From IMG/VR virus record IMGVR_UViG_3300027839_000010, positions 1 through 56,092 of that record: a DNA stretch of 56,092 nucleotides. One strand, given 5' to 3'. Within the stretch, counting starts at the first letter, position 1, and every line of letters starts with the position of its first letter. A model generated the notes under the pieces. That model made no database searches. It was given only the letters and a program-made list of their open reading frames with translations, and had not been told where the DNA came from. This stretch comes from a virus (lineage: Duplodnaviria > Caudoviricetes). The translations under genes were made by a program, and so were the position numbers. Shown one piece after another: positions 56,003 to 56,092 of the stretch.

Positions 56003-56092
56003 ATGGCATCGTCAATCTATATATATCCTGATTTTAATCAATATTCTAGATTTTATGGTAGAGAACAAAATGACTTAACATATGAAGCAATA
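56003..56092 (+). CDS. hypothetical protein, truncated by the window edge
   Basis: MASSIYIYPDFNQYSRFYG..., open to the end; TTTATTAA upstream. Confidence 0.45.
   Translation, partial: MASSIYIYPDFNQYSRFYGREQNDLTYEAI

Noticed and set aside
1-56092. amoC, cobS, integrase, DNA polymerase, tail sheath, E1 or JAMM genes
   Set aside because: No ORF shows their characteristic motifs by eye. Absence applies only to this window and needs HMM confirmation.

Overview
The window looks like most of the genome of a head-tailed (HK97-fold, siphovirus-like) archaeal virus. The host is most plausibly a marine ammonia-oxidising thaumarchaeon (Nitrosopumilus-like). This is inferred from the archaeal RadA and MCM, BRE/TATA promoters about 22-23 nt ahead of leaderless start codons, oligo-T terminators, low GC and many tiny Cys-rich genes. 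Layout: portal at the left edge (minus); an AT-rich, repeat-laden, largely non-coding region (~5.7-7.2 kb); a plus-strand early region of tightly coupled small genes (~4.6-20.2 kb); a replication/recombination block (MCM, RadA, resolvase-like, RNase HI, phosphoesterase, Cas4-like); then terminase and a minus-strand morphogenesis module (protease, scaffold, MCP, neck, tail tube, chaperone, tape measure, tail tip, fibres). No DNA polymerase, integrase, tRNA, CRISPR array or amoC was recognised. The most notable observations are (1) a SAMP/MoaD-like ubiquitin-like gene ending -PTVSGG that heads an early cluster with an Hsp90/rIIA-like GHKL ATPase and twin Zn-finger paralogues, (2) three promoter-led structured RNA candidates, (3) a clean -1 frameshift in the tail assembly chaperone, (4) a DpdA-like transglycosylase with an altered motif, and (5) a flavin-dependent halogenase inside the tail-fibre module. 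All calls come from reading motifs by eye; no searches were run.
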